A stretch of 63,422 nucleotides of DNA, filler included, from Octopus bimaculoides (taxonomy: Eukaryota), in NCBI RefSeq assembly GCF_001194135.2. It is 5 parts of 4 records of this genome, joined end to end, with 100 filler letters (N's around TTAATTAATTAA, not from the genome) between each part and the next. Parts side by side here need not be neighbours in the genome. Positions count along the whole stretch, not along the records: positions 18,934 to 47,441 come from NC_068990.1; 4 more parts are not named here. The stretch is one strand, 5' to 3'. The notes beneath the pieces were generated by a model. The model did no database searches and was not told where the DNA came from. It saw nothing but the letters and a program-made list of their open reading frames with translations. The position numbers and the translations under genes are program-made. Shown piece after piece: positions 21,371-34,945 of this stretch; the first letter of the stretch is position 1; each line of letters starts with the position of its first letter.

Positions 21371-21422
21371 TTATTTTCAGACACTTCTCAATGTAATCCA
21401 GTGAAACCCATGGCATTCCATA
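21371..21422 (-). CDS. Prolyl 4-hydroxylase alpha-like gene, coding exon 5
   Basis: Acceptor TATTTCTAG|; YGMPWVSLDYIEKCLKI aligns to the P4HA QQGDLDKALLLTKKLLEL region; donor A|GTAAGT; phase 0/1. Confidence 0.8.
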
Positions 21423-22495
21423 CTAGAAATACAATAAGAAAAAAGAAATAGTAATTTTTTGAAATTCTAATCCACTGTTTTATGTCTAATATCATTATCA
21501 TCCTGATCATCATCATCATCATCATCATCATTATCATCATCATCATCATTATCATCATCATCATTATCATCATCATCATCATCATTATCATCATCATCAT
21601 CATTATCATCATCATCAAAATGAATATTCTCATTTTCATAATTATCATTTAACATCCACATTCAATTTTCCATGCTCATATGCATCAGACAGAGTTTATT
21701 GAGGCAGATTTTCTACAGCTGAATACCCTTCTTGTCACTAATTTTCACCTGTTTCCAAGCAAGGTAATATTTCCTTATGACCAGACATGTTTTTTACAGA
21801 AGACTGGAAACAACGAATATCGCTTGTATGATGATGATGATGCTTGTTTAGAACCATTACATGATGTCAAGGCAAGAGTATGCACAGTCACACATACAAG
21901 TACACACACAGACACATTCAGACACACACACACACACACACCTATGTACACTCACACATGTACACTCACACATACGTACATACATACATACATACATACA
22001 TACATAATGTTCATCCATCATTGTCAATGATGACCAGGACATCACATGGTGCATCCAGCCATGGCTGATCAGGCCAATGTTTGCTTGTAAAGTTCTGTTG
22101 CAGATCTGGCACTGGTGGTTTGCTGGGAATGAAAGCAATGAGTTGCATCTGGACTTGTGCAGCTCATGTTTTCTTTGTGCTCCTGCAACCCTGTTCTGTT
22201 CGTAGGAGGTGGCACCTCTATTGGTGCAGCTACAACAGGCAGGGCAGACCTGTGCCTACATTTTCCAGGAGTCTTGGCTGAGCTGAAAGCACTTAAGTGA
22301 GGCTTTGAGTGTATCTTTGAAGCACTTTTTTTTAGAAAAAGCAGGAAAAAACATACATACATACATATATACATACACACACACATACATACATACATAC
22401 ATACATACATGTAGTCAGTGTCCCCATTTATATCCTCACAGTGTAGCAAATATTTCTAAAATATGCTGGAATGAACAAAGCTTCTATTTATTTAC

Positions 22496-22742
22496 CATTG
22501 AATAAGCACTGGCAATGGTTCGATATATTTGGTTCTGTTCTACAGTTCCTTTCTCAATTTTTGACTTTCTGTAAAGTTCATCCAGTGCCAAAAGCCATAA
22601 TATTTCTTCATAAACCATATCGTGCTCATTAGCTATTTCAATTAACTTTAGAACATCATTAGCTGTCATTGGTTCTGTTTGAGTGTTGGCAATACGACCC
22701 TGCAGCAGCTCAGTTAAATTCAGAGAATAAATATTTTGTAAT
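22496..22742 (-). CDS. Prolyl 4-hydroxylase alpha-like gene, coding exon 4
   Basis: Acceptor ACTTTCAG|; (R)LQNIYSLNLTELLQGRIA...PMTANDVLKL...YEEILWL...TIASAYSM matches P4HA RLQDTYNL...LTAEDCFELG...YHTELW; donor ATG|GTAAAT; phase 2/0. Confidence 0.88.
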
Positions 22743-23023
22743 CTGAAAGTTATAATAACATTATCATTATCATCATCAACAACAACAACAATAATAACGG
22801 TTTCAAATTTTGGCACAAGGCCAACAAATGTAGGAGAGGGGTAAGTTGATTAAATTAACCCCAGTTTTCAACTGGTACTTATTTTATTGACCCCGAGAGG
22901 ATGAAAGGCAAAGTTGACTGCGGCAGAATTTGGACTCAGAATGTGAAGACAGAGACAAAATGCTTCTAAGCATTTTGTTCAGTGTGCTAATGATTCTGCC
23001 AGTTCACCACCTTAATAATAATG

Positions 23024-23092
<69 letters not shown>

Positions 23093-23304
23093 CTTTCTAC
23101 TATAGGCAAAGGCCTGGATTTTGTGGGAAGGGGGACAGTCAATCACATTAATCCCAATACTCAACTGGTACTTATTTCATCGACCCTGAATGGATGAAAG
23201 GCAAAGTAGACCTCGGTGGAATCTTAATTCAGAATGTAGCAGCAGATGAAATACCACTCAGCATTTTGCCTGGCACACTAATAACTCTGCCAGTTTGCCA
23301 CCTT

Positions 23305-24497
<1,193 letters not shown>

Positions 24498-26048
24498 AAT
24501 AATTATGATAATAATAATAATAGTAATAACAACAACAATAGTTTTAACATAAACACAAAAACACAAATGTACAATATTTCAGAGGAGAGTAAATTGATTT
24601 TATTGATCTCAGTACTTCACTGGTACTTTATTTATTAATTCTTGAAGGACGAAATGCAATGTTGACTTTGGCTGAAGGGAATATATTTAAATACCACAAA
24701 GTATCTTTACCAACTCTGTTAACCACCACTCTAACAATATTGATTTTAAAAGAGACACAAGTATATACATTCAATGGGAGGGTATAGTTGATTATTTTGA
24801 TTCCAGTACTTGACTGGTACTTCATTTTATCAACTTGAAAGGATGAAGGACAAAGTTCACCTTAGTCAGATTTGAACTCAGAATGTGAAGAGATGTTAAT
24901 AAATATCTAAAGGTATTTTTCTCAAGTTGCAATGATTCTGACAATCAATAGCCCTTTAATAATAATAGATGTCTCTAATTTAAACACAAAACAAAATGTT
25001 TTTAAGTTGATAGGCTTAGTTAGTTACACTAAGTCTTTATAGAATATAAAATGTTTGACATACCATTGACTCCCATTGATCAACTTGTAGAGAACTGTGA
25101 ATGTTTGAGAACATTCTAGGGGCCAGACACCTAATCTTGGTCATCTCTTCATGAGTATCAGGGGAAATGTGCCTCAGAAACAGTGACCACACCTTCTTAC
25201 TATCTAGATATCTGTGCAGATGTTGCAGTTTCTTTAGCAGTTTAGTCCACTATGGCTGATGATATCATCATATCACCAGACACAAAATACTGAACCTTCA
25301 GTGCAGAAGGTGTGAACAGTCGATAGACCTTCAAGTGAAATATGTTCCTTCTACATGAAGCAAAGAAAGTGATGCTTCCCCATAGCTATAGAAAAAAAAA
25401 ATGGATCATGGGCCAATGGTTGGGGGTGTAATAAATAATGGAAGTGATGTATGTGTTTGCTACTTTTACTCAACATTTCGGAGATGACCTCATACTTGTC
25501 CATTTCCGATTAAGATTGACTGCCATGCTCATAATTTTATCCCAGTTCATATCCTTGAATGTTCGGCTTGACCCAGACTGCAAGTATCTTAAGATCTTCA
25601 GTCTTGCAATCCATGATGCTAGCTTGCATGGATATACCTGTTCAGGTGCCAAGCTGCAAGTGCACAAGCTTATACCACTACCTCAATTTATTACCATAGT
25701 AACCATCTTGATTTCTATGGCGACTCAAAAAATCATGGTGATATTGTCCATGGATTGCAATATGGATGTCTCCACTTCCAAGTTAAAGTGGAATGTCCCC
25801 TCTCAAACACCTCCAGCTTCTCAGCAATGGTTCAAGAGACTAAACAAACAAGAATGATGTAAAAAGACACTTTCTTCCACTAACCAACTGTGAGATTCAA
25901 AATGGTTCTGATAGGTTGCTATTTGACTGTTTAGTAGATGCTGCTGTATTATAAATACCACAATGCATTTTGTCAGGAATTCTAACAACTCTGTTTATAT
26001 CCAATATAACATTCTCTTCACTCAAAATATAGTGGATAAAAATCTTAC

Positions 26049-26133
26049 CTAAACAAGCCTAAAGCTGCTTCAGTAACATCTTTTTTAGTTGGCCACAATT
26101 GTTCTTGAACCATTTTGTATTTTTTGATAAATT
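26049..26133 (-). CDS. Prolyl 4-hydroxylase alpha-like gene, coding exon 3
   Basis: Acceptor TTTGTGACAG|; (E)FIKKYKMVQEQLWPTKKDVTEAALGLF(R) matches P4HA FISNL...FPNDEDQVGAAKALLR; donor AG|GTAAGA; phase 1/2. Absent from the ORF track in this frame. Confidence 0.88.
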
Positions 26134-28610
26134 CTGTCACAAATAGATAGAAAAATTAACAAAACATGTAAGTCATTCAAAATACAATTTTTATATCTTT
26201 GTTCAAATAAGTCTTTACAATTCTTTGAATTAGGATGAAGATTTTGAAGCTCAGAAATGAAAACTAGGAAGTTCCAATAAAGACAGCCAAGGTAGTAATA
26301 AAGTTTTGATGAAGACAGAGTGACAGACATGTTATTTTGCTGTTCATTAGTCTAAGTCTGTCTTGGTTGAACATAGGCAGTCCAATTGTAACTAGCCAGT
26401 GTTTATATTTTCAGATGTAAAGTATCTAGTTGTTTGAACACTGTGTATGTAAACTAAACTTAGTTAAATACACAGGACAGTTCTACACAGTTGTCTTGTT
26501 TATAAAATTTCCCCATGGATTGAAAAAGTGGGATCAACTATTTTCCAAAGATAGTTCTTTCTCTTCAAGATTGTATTTTTGTTGATGAGAATGATATTGT
26601 TAACAATAAGCATTTGGTCATTGCTACTGAATAAATCAGACCAATGACTAAATTAACCTGTCACTCTTCTATATGACACATATTAGTCTAATATAGGAAT
26701 AAAATGCTCCAACAGATGGGACATTAAACTTGGGATATTCTGATACCAATTTATAGCAGTTGTTTGATTAGCAGACATTTTATAAAATATCTCTGTGGAC
26801 AGAAAAAGAGGGACCAGCAGGATCAGCTTCAATTCTTTATTGAGATTTCATCAGCAATGGAGCACCTACAAAAGCAGTAGTTAGTATTCTTCATTCTTTT
26901 CTCTGAAGATAGCAGGGTGAGATTTGAGGAGATTTGTTTACTATTTCTTGCAGGTCAAGTCATCACAAAAAGACTCACAGATGGCTCATATAAAAAATGT
27001 TTAACTATGTGGTAGTCATCACAAAATGATGAACCTAACAGTGAGGTGAAAAATTCCTCACATCTGGCATTTGCAATGTTTGTTCAATTCTAGTTGAGTC
27101 ACCTCACCACACTTATCCAAGATTTCTGGTTTTGTCAATAAAGTATAAAGGAATGGGCTCCACTAAATTGAAAAAAAAAAAGAACAACCAAACAAACTGA
27201 TTCATTTCTAACACATTAAATGTATTAAATAGTCATTATTGGTAGCTCCATAACTAATAGGACACATTTCAGGGCATCAAATCAGTGATGAAGCTTCAAC
27301 TGAGAGGACTTACTCTACTAGAAAGAGTAACCAAATCTCCATCAGATCACACCTTAATGTCTTAAAAAGCAAAGACTACATTGGGCAATGTAGTCATTAA
27401 TATATAACTACTACTACTGCTGCTGTTGCTGGATATTTCATGGCTAATGGTTCCTTTAACATGATAGATAGAAGTTCATTGATGAAAACTGACTACTTAA
27501 CAATAGAAACATTATCAACATCAGCTAATCCATTTTCTTTCAATAAATCTGGTTATACGAAATTGTTAGAATTGGTGTCAAGTAGTCAACCTTTGCTTTG
27601 CCTCTTGACCTGCAAGAAATAACAGCTAAATTTCCCTTAAAACTCACCCTACAATATTAAAAATAGAAAGGACTCATTAGATAATATAGCTTTCAGTACA
27701 CTACACCTGGTAACACAGGTTGGACATAGCTAAATAGGTTTTTATCAAAGGTTTACTCAGTCAGGGCTGACATGAAGTTAAACAAAATAGTAATGATGAC
27801 AATAACAGCAACAACAAGTGTTCTCTTCCTATGAATACCTAAAATGGCTGACAATAATAGTTCATCAAGCTTCCTGTCCACAAAATATATTTATGACATT
27901 CATAACTTGGATTAGACATTATTATGCTATGACAAGTTTCTTTCAGTTTCCAGAGTTTTATAAAATGTTATTTGTATATTTTTATACAAATTTAGCTAAA
28001 AATATTGATTTAAAATTTTGGCTCAAGGCCAGCAGTTTCAGGGGAGGGATAAATTGATTACATCAATCCCTGAGAGGACCCTGTAACTTAACAGTTCGGC
28101 AAAAGAGACCGATAGAATAAGTACTAGGCTTACAAAGAATAAGTCCTGGGGTCAATTTGTTCGACTAACGGTGGTGCTCCAGCATGGCTGCAGTCAGAAT
28201 GACTGAAACAAGTAAAAGAATAAAAGAATAATAAAAAAATAAATCATTCAACATTTGGTGAAAAAGCTGTTTGTCTAGTAATGACAACACACATTTTGTT
28301 AATGATAAAAATAAATAATTTTGTATTTATAATCTCAACGAATTTGTGTTCAGTCCATCAACATCAACTCAACCAAATAATCACACTGGCAACTACAAAA
28401 ATTCAGAAATAATATTTTCATTACATACACACATGCATACATAAATACATTCCTACATATATACATATATACTTACATGCAGATGTAGAGTAGTGCAATC
28501 CCAAAAGATTCTGATACTGAAAGTCAGTAGGCATCAAGCATGTACAAAGGAAGTGTTGATGATAAAAGTGGACAATATATGATAAAGTGGTGGACAATAT
28601 GCAAATAAAT

Positions 28611-28841
28611 ATCAAAGAATGTAAGGAATGGAAAAGTTAAATATAGACTACATATGTTTCATGACTAAACTTTATGTGTTACATAACTTGTAACCTGTAC
28701 AAAAACCATTTAGCCAATATTCAGGTCTGAGGATTAGCTAAATGGTCTTTGTATATGTTATGAGTTACATAACACATAACAGTTTAGCTATTAAACATAT
28801 GTAATCTTTATTTACCTTTTCCATTCCTTACAATCTTCGAT
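28611..28841. repeat. Long imperfect palindrome (foldback MITE-like), about 105-bp arms
   Basis: ATCAAAGAATGTAAGGAATGGAAAAG... pairs with ...CTTTTCCATTCCTTACAATCTTCGAT; centre near 28725. Confidence 0.85.
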
Positions 28842-28891
<50 letters not shown>

Positions 28892-29132
28892 ATACAGTTG
28901 AACAGAATCCAAAGAGAACAATGCTGATCAGCAGCTGCAGACAAGTATTATTTAGTAAAATAGGCTGAAAGAGTACAGTGAACTAGTTGTGGGAAGTTCT
29001 CTGTACTTTTGCCCCAATTTTTATTTTCTATTCATTTACTGCAGTCTCCCACTTTGTCAGCCATTTTCTCTACTTATACCACAAATTCTCCCCACAACAC
29101 CTACTCTAACAAGTATCAGAATAAAGACTGAC

Positions 29133-29299
29133 CTTTAGTGTTGTTATTGTGTTCACAGTTGTCACAGTCTAATTTCACCATCATCTCACTCCATCTATTA
29201 TGAATCCGATGTAACATGCAATATGCATTCAATGGGTTAGCTGTGTAGTTTGTCGTATTTCCCAACTTTGTGTTTTGTGTTTGTGTTTCATTCAAGAAG
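29133..29299 (-). CDS. Prolyl 4-hydroxylase alpha-like gene, coding exon 2
   Basis: Acceptor TTTTATTCCAG|; ...YTANPLNAYCMLHRIHNRWSEM matches the P4HA N-domain motif HPVNAFKLMKRLNTEW; donor G|GTCAGT; phase 2/1. Confidence 0.88.
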
Positions 29300-29829
29300 C
29301 TGGAATAAAACAAAGTCTATCCAGGTATATTGCTAATACAAACAAACATCACTTATAATTAATTTTACTGTAAATAAAGATGTAAAAAACAGCATGTAAA
29401 TACTGGTTTAAAATTCTTTTTGGCTAGAGAAAAGACAAAGTCTACACATGGGACACAAGCTCACATCCTCTCTAATAGTTAATGGACGTTCTACCACTGG
29501 ACCAAAGCAATACTTTGATATTCACCAATTAGGAGCTTTGTTCATACCAGCAAGAATTGTATGTTGTTTACGTCATCAGAATTCAGAAACTTTGAGAAAA
29601 CTTGAAATAATCCACTTTAACTGTAGAACTCAAAGCAGATAAAGCTAAAAATAATAGCATTTAAATATTGGGTCAAAACTCCATTTGGATAGAAATGTTG
29701 AAGGCTAAGGCTTAAATGTAGCCATGCATATTGCACTTAGAGATTATATTGTTCAATTCACTAACACACATTTACATATGTACACAGACATGTACACACA
29801 CATACATTCATTCCCTTAGATTGTTGCAC

Positions 29830-29860
<31 letters not shown>

Positions 29861-30356
29861 TGTATGTATGTATGTATGTATGTATGTTTGTATGTATGTA
29901 TGTATATACACTCATATATATATATATATANNNNNNNNNNNNNNNNNNNNNNNNNNNNNNNNNNNNNNNNNNNNNNNNNNNNNNNNNNNNNNNNNNNNNN
30001 NNNNNNNNNNNNNNNNNNNNNNNNNNNNNNNNNNNNNNNNNNNNNNNNNNNNNNNNNNNNNNNNNNNNNNNNNNNNNNNNNNNNNNNNNNNNNNNNNNNN
30101 NNNNNNNNNNNNNNNNNNNNNNNNNNNNNNNNNNNNNNNNNNNNNNNNNNNNNNNNNNNNNNNNNNNNNNNNNNNNNNNNNNNNNNNNNNNNNNNNNNNN
30201 TCTCCCTTCCATTCCCTCTCCCACCCTCTCTCTCTCATATATATCTTTTCTATTCCAGGCACAAGGCCCTATGGCTTTTTAGCTTAACTGATTGGAAGGT
30301 TACCCCCAGTGTCACTTTGATAGCATGCACTGCTCTCTCACTCAATAATAATAATG

Positions 30357-30433
<77 letters not shown>

Positions 30434-30435
<2 letters not shown>

Positions 30436-31020
30436 GTTCATTCATAAGACGTGACAGCAAAGAATAGCACACATTCACTCTCTGCGTGCAATTAGACTCG
30501 GAAAGTTTGTGAAGAACTCATTGACCCAATTTGCTGACTTTTTCAATGGCACACAGGTGTTGATGAGTGGTTGAATGACCAAATCCAAGCTTCTCTGCTA
30601 GTTCCTCAACAATTATGATGGGATTTTGTTCCACCAGGGTTTGCAGGACGTCCTCGTTGAGCTCTTCAGATCTTCCATGACAAGGCTCATCTTCTAGGCT
30701 GTAGTTTCCAGCTTGGAATTTCTGGAACCACCGTTGACACTGGCTTATGCCTATTGTCTGATTCCCATATACCGCATTAATATTCCTCTTATTTCCCATT
30801 GTGTTGTTGCCTTTATTGAACTCATAAAGCAAAATATGTTGAATATGCTCCTTTGTCACTTCCATTATACCTTTGAAAAAATAACTGTTAAAATCGAACT
30901 GCACTCTTCAAAACTTGCACTAAGAATAAGTACAAGATAAAATTACTATCTGCTTTTATAGTAAGTTGATGCAGGTAGTTTATCTCATCCCCATCGCATT
31001 ATTTATGGGATGACCCAATA
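30434..31020 (-). mobile_element. Truncated mariner transposon (5' TIR + N-terminal transposase)
   Basis: TA-TTGGGTCATCCCATAAATAA terminus at 31020; MEVTKEHIQHILLYEF...QRWFQKFQAGNYSLEDEP HTH region; WVPHEL degenerated to *VLHKL; cut off by (AAT)n at about 30433. Confidence 0.88.
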
Positions 31021-31220
31021 CATAGTCAAAACACCAGGATTTACATAGAACATACAGAAAGTATATAACATAGAGAAAGTAGGACTACTAGTCATCGCAT
31101 AAAGCACTTTCAATACAGTGAAAATAAGAGCACCACAACAACCTACAGCACATATCCAAGGCACACACAGCTGCGCTCGATAGTGCAGTGAAAGCATGTG
31201 ATAAGAATAAGACTACTGAA
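31021..31220 (+). mobile_element. R4/Dong-like LINE 3' fragment
   Basis: 3' UTR AGAGCACCAC...GACTACTG-AATAATAAT shared with the copies ending at 32168 and 33462. Confidence 0.75.
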
Positions 31221-31489
31221 TAATAATAATAATAATAATAATTTAATTCTTTATTGGCCACAAGGGGAGCTAAACACAGAGGGGACAAACAAGGACAGAC
31301 AAAGGGACTAAGTCGATTACATTGACCCCAGTGCGTAACTGGTACTTATTTAATCAACCCCGAAAGGATGAAAGGCAAAGTCGACCTCGGCGGAATTTGA
31401 ACTAGATCGGAGTGACGGGCGAAATACCGTTAAACATTTCGTCCAGCGTGCTAACGATTCTGCCAGCTCGCCACCTTATTATTATTATT

Positions 31490-31576
<87 letters not shown>

Positions 31577-31584
31577 AAGAAGAA

Positions 31585-32168
31585 TTTTTAATTGCTGCAC
31601 AAGACCAAAGCCTCCCCACCAGAAATTACCAAAAACACATAATGAAAAGAAATATAACAAGTAACTGTAGAANNNNNNNNNNNNNNNNNNNNNNNNNNNN
31701 NNNNNNNNNNNNNNNNNNNNNNNNNNNNNNNNNNNNNNNNNNNNNNNNNNNNNNNNNNNNNNNNNNNNNNNNNNNNNNGCTTTCTAATTGATGTATCAAT
31801 ACCAGCAGATGACAACGTTTCTCTAAAAGAAATGGAAAAACTTTCAAAATACAAAGACCTGGAAATAGAGATAACTCGAATGTGGAATCTAAAAACAGAA
31901 ACAATTCCTATCATAGTAGATGCCTTAGGTATAATAAAAAAATATTCAGACAAATACATAACAAAAATAGCAGGACTTACAAATATATATAACATACAGA
32001 AAATTGCACTACTGGGTACTGCACACATCCTACGCAAAACACTTTCAATACAGTAAACATAAGAGCACCACAGCAAACCACAGCACATACCCAAGGTGCA
32101 CAGAGCTGCGCCCGGTAGTGAAGTGAAAGCACGTTATAAAAAAAAAAATAAATAAATAAAACTACTGA
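31585..32168 (+). mobile_element. R4/Dong-like LINE, 5'-truncated copy (gap inside)
   Basis: IAAQDQSLPTRNY...IDVSIP...KLSKYKDL...LLGTAHILRKTLSIQ*, then 3' UTR and (AAT)n. Confidence 0.85.
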
Positions 32169-32192
32169 ATAATAATAATAATAATAATAGTC

Positions 32193-32249
<57 letters not shown>

Positions 32250-32340
32250 GTAATAATAATAATAATAATGATATTTCTGTTTGCTTCGTTTTTGTTGGAG
32301 GTGTTGCGCTTGTCTTCATGTTTTACTATCTCAGTAAATA

Positions 32341-33462
32341 TGTAGAATATGTGGAGATGGACAAGAAACAATAAATCATATTATTTCTGGCTGCCCAGTC
32401 CTGGCTAAGAAGGAATATATTCACAGACACGACAGAGCTGGGACCTATATACACTGGAAGCTATGCCAACACTATGGAATAACAACGGAAAAAAGATGGT
32501 ATAAACACACGCCAGAAAAGGTCACAGAAAACGAGAAAGCAACCATACTCTGGGATATGCCAATACACACAGATAGAGAAATTAAGGCAAATAGACCAGA
32601 TATAGTTGTCAAAGATCATGAAGAAAAAAAATGCTTTCTAATAGATGTATCAATACCAGCAGATGACAACGTTTCTCTAAAAGAAATGGAAAAACTTTCA
32701 AAATACAAAGNNNNNNNNNNNNNNNNNNNNNNNNNNNNNNNNNNNNNNNNNNNNNNNNNNNNNNNNNNNNNNNNNNNNNNNNNNNNNNNNNNNNNNNNNN
32801 NNNNNNNNNNNNNNNNNNNNNNNNNNNNNNNNNNNNNNNNNNNNNNNNNNNNNNNNNNNNNNNNNNNNNNNNNNNNNNNNNNNNNNNNNNNNNNNNNNNN
32901 NNNNNNNNNNNNNNNNNNNNNNNNNNNNNNNNNNNNNNNNNNNNNNNNNNNNNNNNNNNNNNNNNNNNNNNNNNNNNNNNNNNNNNNNNNNNNNNNNNNN
33001 NNNNNNNNNNNNNNNNNNNNNNNNNNNNNNNNNNNNNNNNNNNNNNNNNNNNNNNNNNNNNNNNNNNNNNNNNNNNNNNNNNNNNNNNNNNNNNNNNNNN
33101 NNNNNNNNNNNNNNNNNNNNNNNNNNNNNNNNNNNNNNNNNNNNNNNNNNNNNNNNNNNNNNNNNNNNNNNNNNNNNNNNNNNNNNNGTAACTCGAATGT
33201 GGAATCTAAAAACAGAAACAATTCCTATCATAGTAGGTGCCTTAGGTATAATAAAAAAATATTCAGACAAATACATAACAAAAACACCAGGACTTAGAAT
33301 TATATATAACATACAGAAAATTGCACTACTGGGTACTGCACACATTCTACGCAAAACACTTTCAATACAGTAAACCACAGCAAACCACAGCACATACCCA
33401 AGGCGCACAGAGCTGCGCTCGGTAGTGAAGTGAAAGCACGTTATAAAAATAAAACTACTGAA
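32341..33462 (+). mobile_element. R4/Dong-like LINE, 5'-truncated copy (gap inside)
   Basis: CRICG...ETINHIISGC...YIHRHD, RPDIVV...IDVSIP (PD-D/ExK-type RLE); same 3' UTR; (AAT)n tail. Confidence 0.85.
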
Positions 33463-33491
33463 CAATAATAATAATAATAATAATAATAATG

Positions 33492-34370
33492 ATTTCTTTA
33501 TTAACCACAAGAGTTTACATTAAGAAAAACATTATGGACAACACAGAACAAAACAAAGAATGTGTATGTGTGTACGTGTGTGTGTTGTTGAGAGGATTTT
33601 GCATGTAAACAAGACTAATAAAATTTTAAAAAATCAACATTGTATGATCCTCAATAGGGAGGAGACATTCGAGGGCTGCTCATGGAAAAACCCCATAAAA
33701 AAAGCATGCTACCCTGACTTTTGGGGCAGATACATTTTACCTTTCTTTTTTCCAACTACAGGCGTATACTCAGGACAGGCCCGTTCACCCGCATCATTCT
33801 CGCCACTGTCATCCATCTTTCAGCAAATTAACTTGAAGACAACACTTCCCTCTCTACTTTTATTTTCCTTTTCAAGTTAAACTTGAAGAAGTTGATCAGG
33901 GATGGGCCAAAGATCAAAATATGTGTCTTCAACCCCTTCAATCTCGTCCAACACATAGACTCTTTTGCCATGGCCACCAAGCATATAAACACAGCCATTC
34001 CTTCCCGCTTAAAGGAAGGCGGCGGATGATCATGCCGATGGATTCAGTTGACAACCGGATCCGTCCCACACGCGACAGCAGGTGTTCGACATAAACCAAC
34101 ATAAACTCAGCAATGGTCAGGCACTGGACGGGTGCATGCAGGACCATTTCGTCGTCCTGCGCGCATCTTGGACATGTTCGACTGACAGCATTTGCATGCC
34201 TGTAAAGTTTATCTCGAACAGGTAAAGCTCCCCAGTAACACTGCCAGGCCAGAGATTTTTGAAAATTATCCATCAGTCCCGGGCTAGTCGATCTTCGACA
34301 CCCAAGGTCTCCCCAAGAACGTCATCACACTTTTCCTCTACTAGTTCTCTATAAAAAGCTAAAATGGACG
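33492..34370 (-). mobile_element. Tx1/L1-clade LINE 3' fragment with intact 3' UTR
   Basis: zf-RVT-like ALPVRDKL...CPRC...VLHAPVQC; ORF2 end collinear with 43300-43765; 3' end CTTGTGGTTAATAAAGAAAT abutting (ATT)n. Confidence 0.85.
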
Positions 34371-34418
34371 TTCCACCTATCGCACTGTCCGATTGGCTAA
34401 GAGATCCCCAACGGCAAG

Positions 34419-34773
34419 GGATCTTTTTGGTTTGACGGGCAACACTTGTTTTCTTAACGAAACACTTTCAAACTTGGGATACTGGTAGAATCTGTCATAT
34501 AAAACATCTTTTTCTCTTAGCCTTCTTAACAAAAATTAGTTCTTAATAAGTTATTTCATGTTAAACTACAAACGCACGAACGATGTTATAAATAACAGTA
34601 CCGCCGATAGTTGTTGTTGACAAACAACGGCACTAATTTTATTCAAGGGAAAAGATCCCATAACACCGTTATGTTTAGGTTGTTTATATTCTACGGCAGT
34701 AATTGTTTTCACCTCAATAGACGTCAGTGATTGGTTGAAATTACCGAAATACAACTTTTTACATGAAATAACT
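34419..34773. mobile_element. Merlin-like MITE, second copy (right end in gap)
   Basis: Left end GGATCTTTTTGGTTTGACGGGCAACAC and inner TIR segments match 44716-45532. Confidence 0.7.
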
Positions 34774-34945
34774 NNNNNNNNNNNNNNNNNNNNNNNNNNN
34801 NNNNNNNNNNNNNNNNNNNNNNNNNNNNNNNNNNNNNNNNNNNNNNNNNNNNNNNNNNNNNNNNNNNNNNNNNNNNNNNNNNNNNNNNNNNNNNNNNNNN
34901 NNNNNNNNNNNNNNNNNNNNNNNNNNNNNNNNNNNNNNNNNNNNN

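Noticed and set aside
25470-25667. Minus ORF with VNLNRKW resembling the P4HA RLNTEW motif
   Set aside because: The true motif is in exon 2 (29133-29299); exons 3 and 4 already join in phase without it.
26085-26330. 81-aa minus ORF with FISELQNL
   Set aside because: It overlaps exon 3 in a different frame; the only phase-1 donor would create TAA at the junction.
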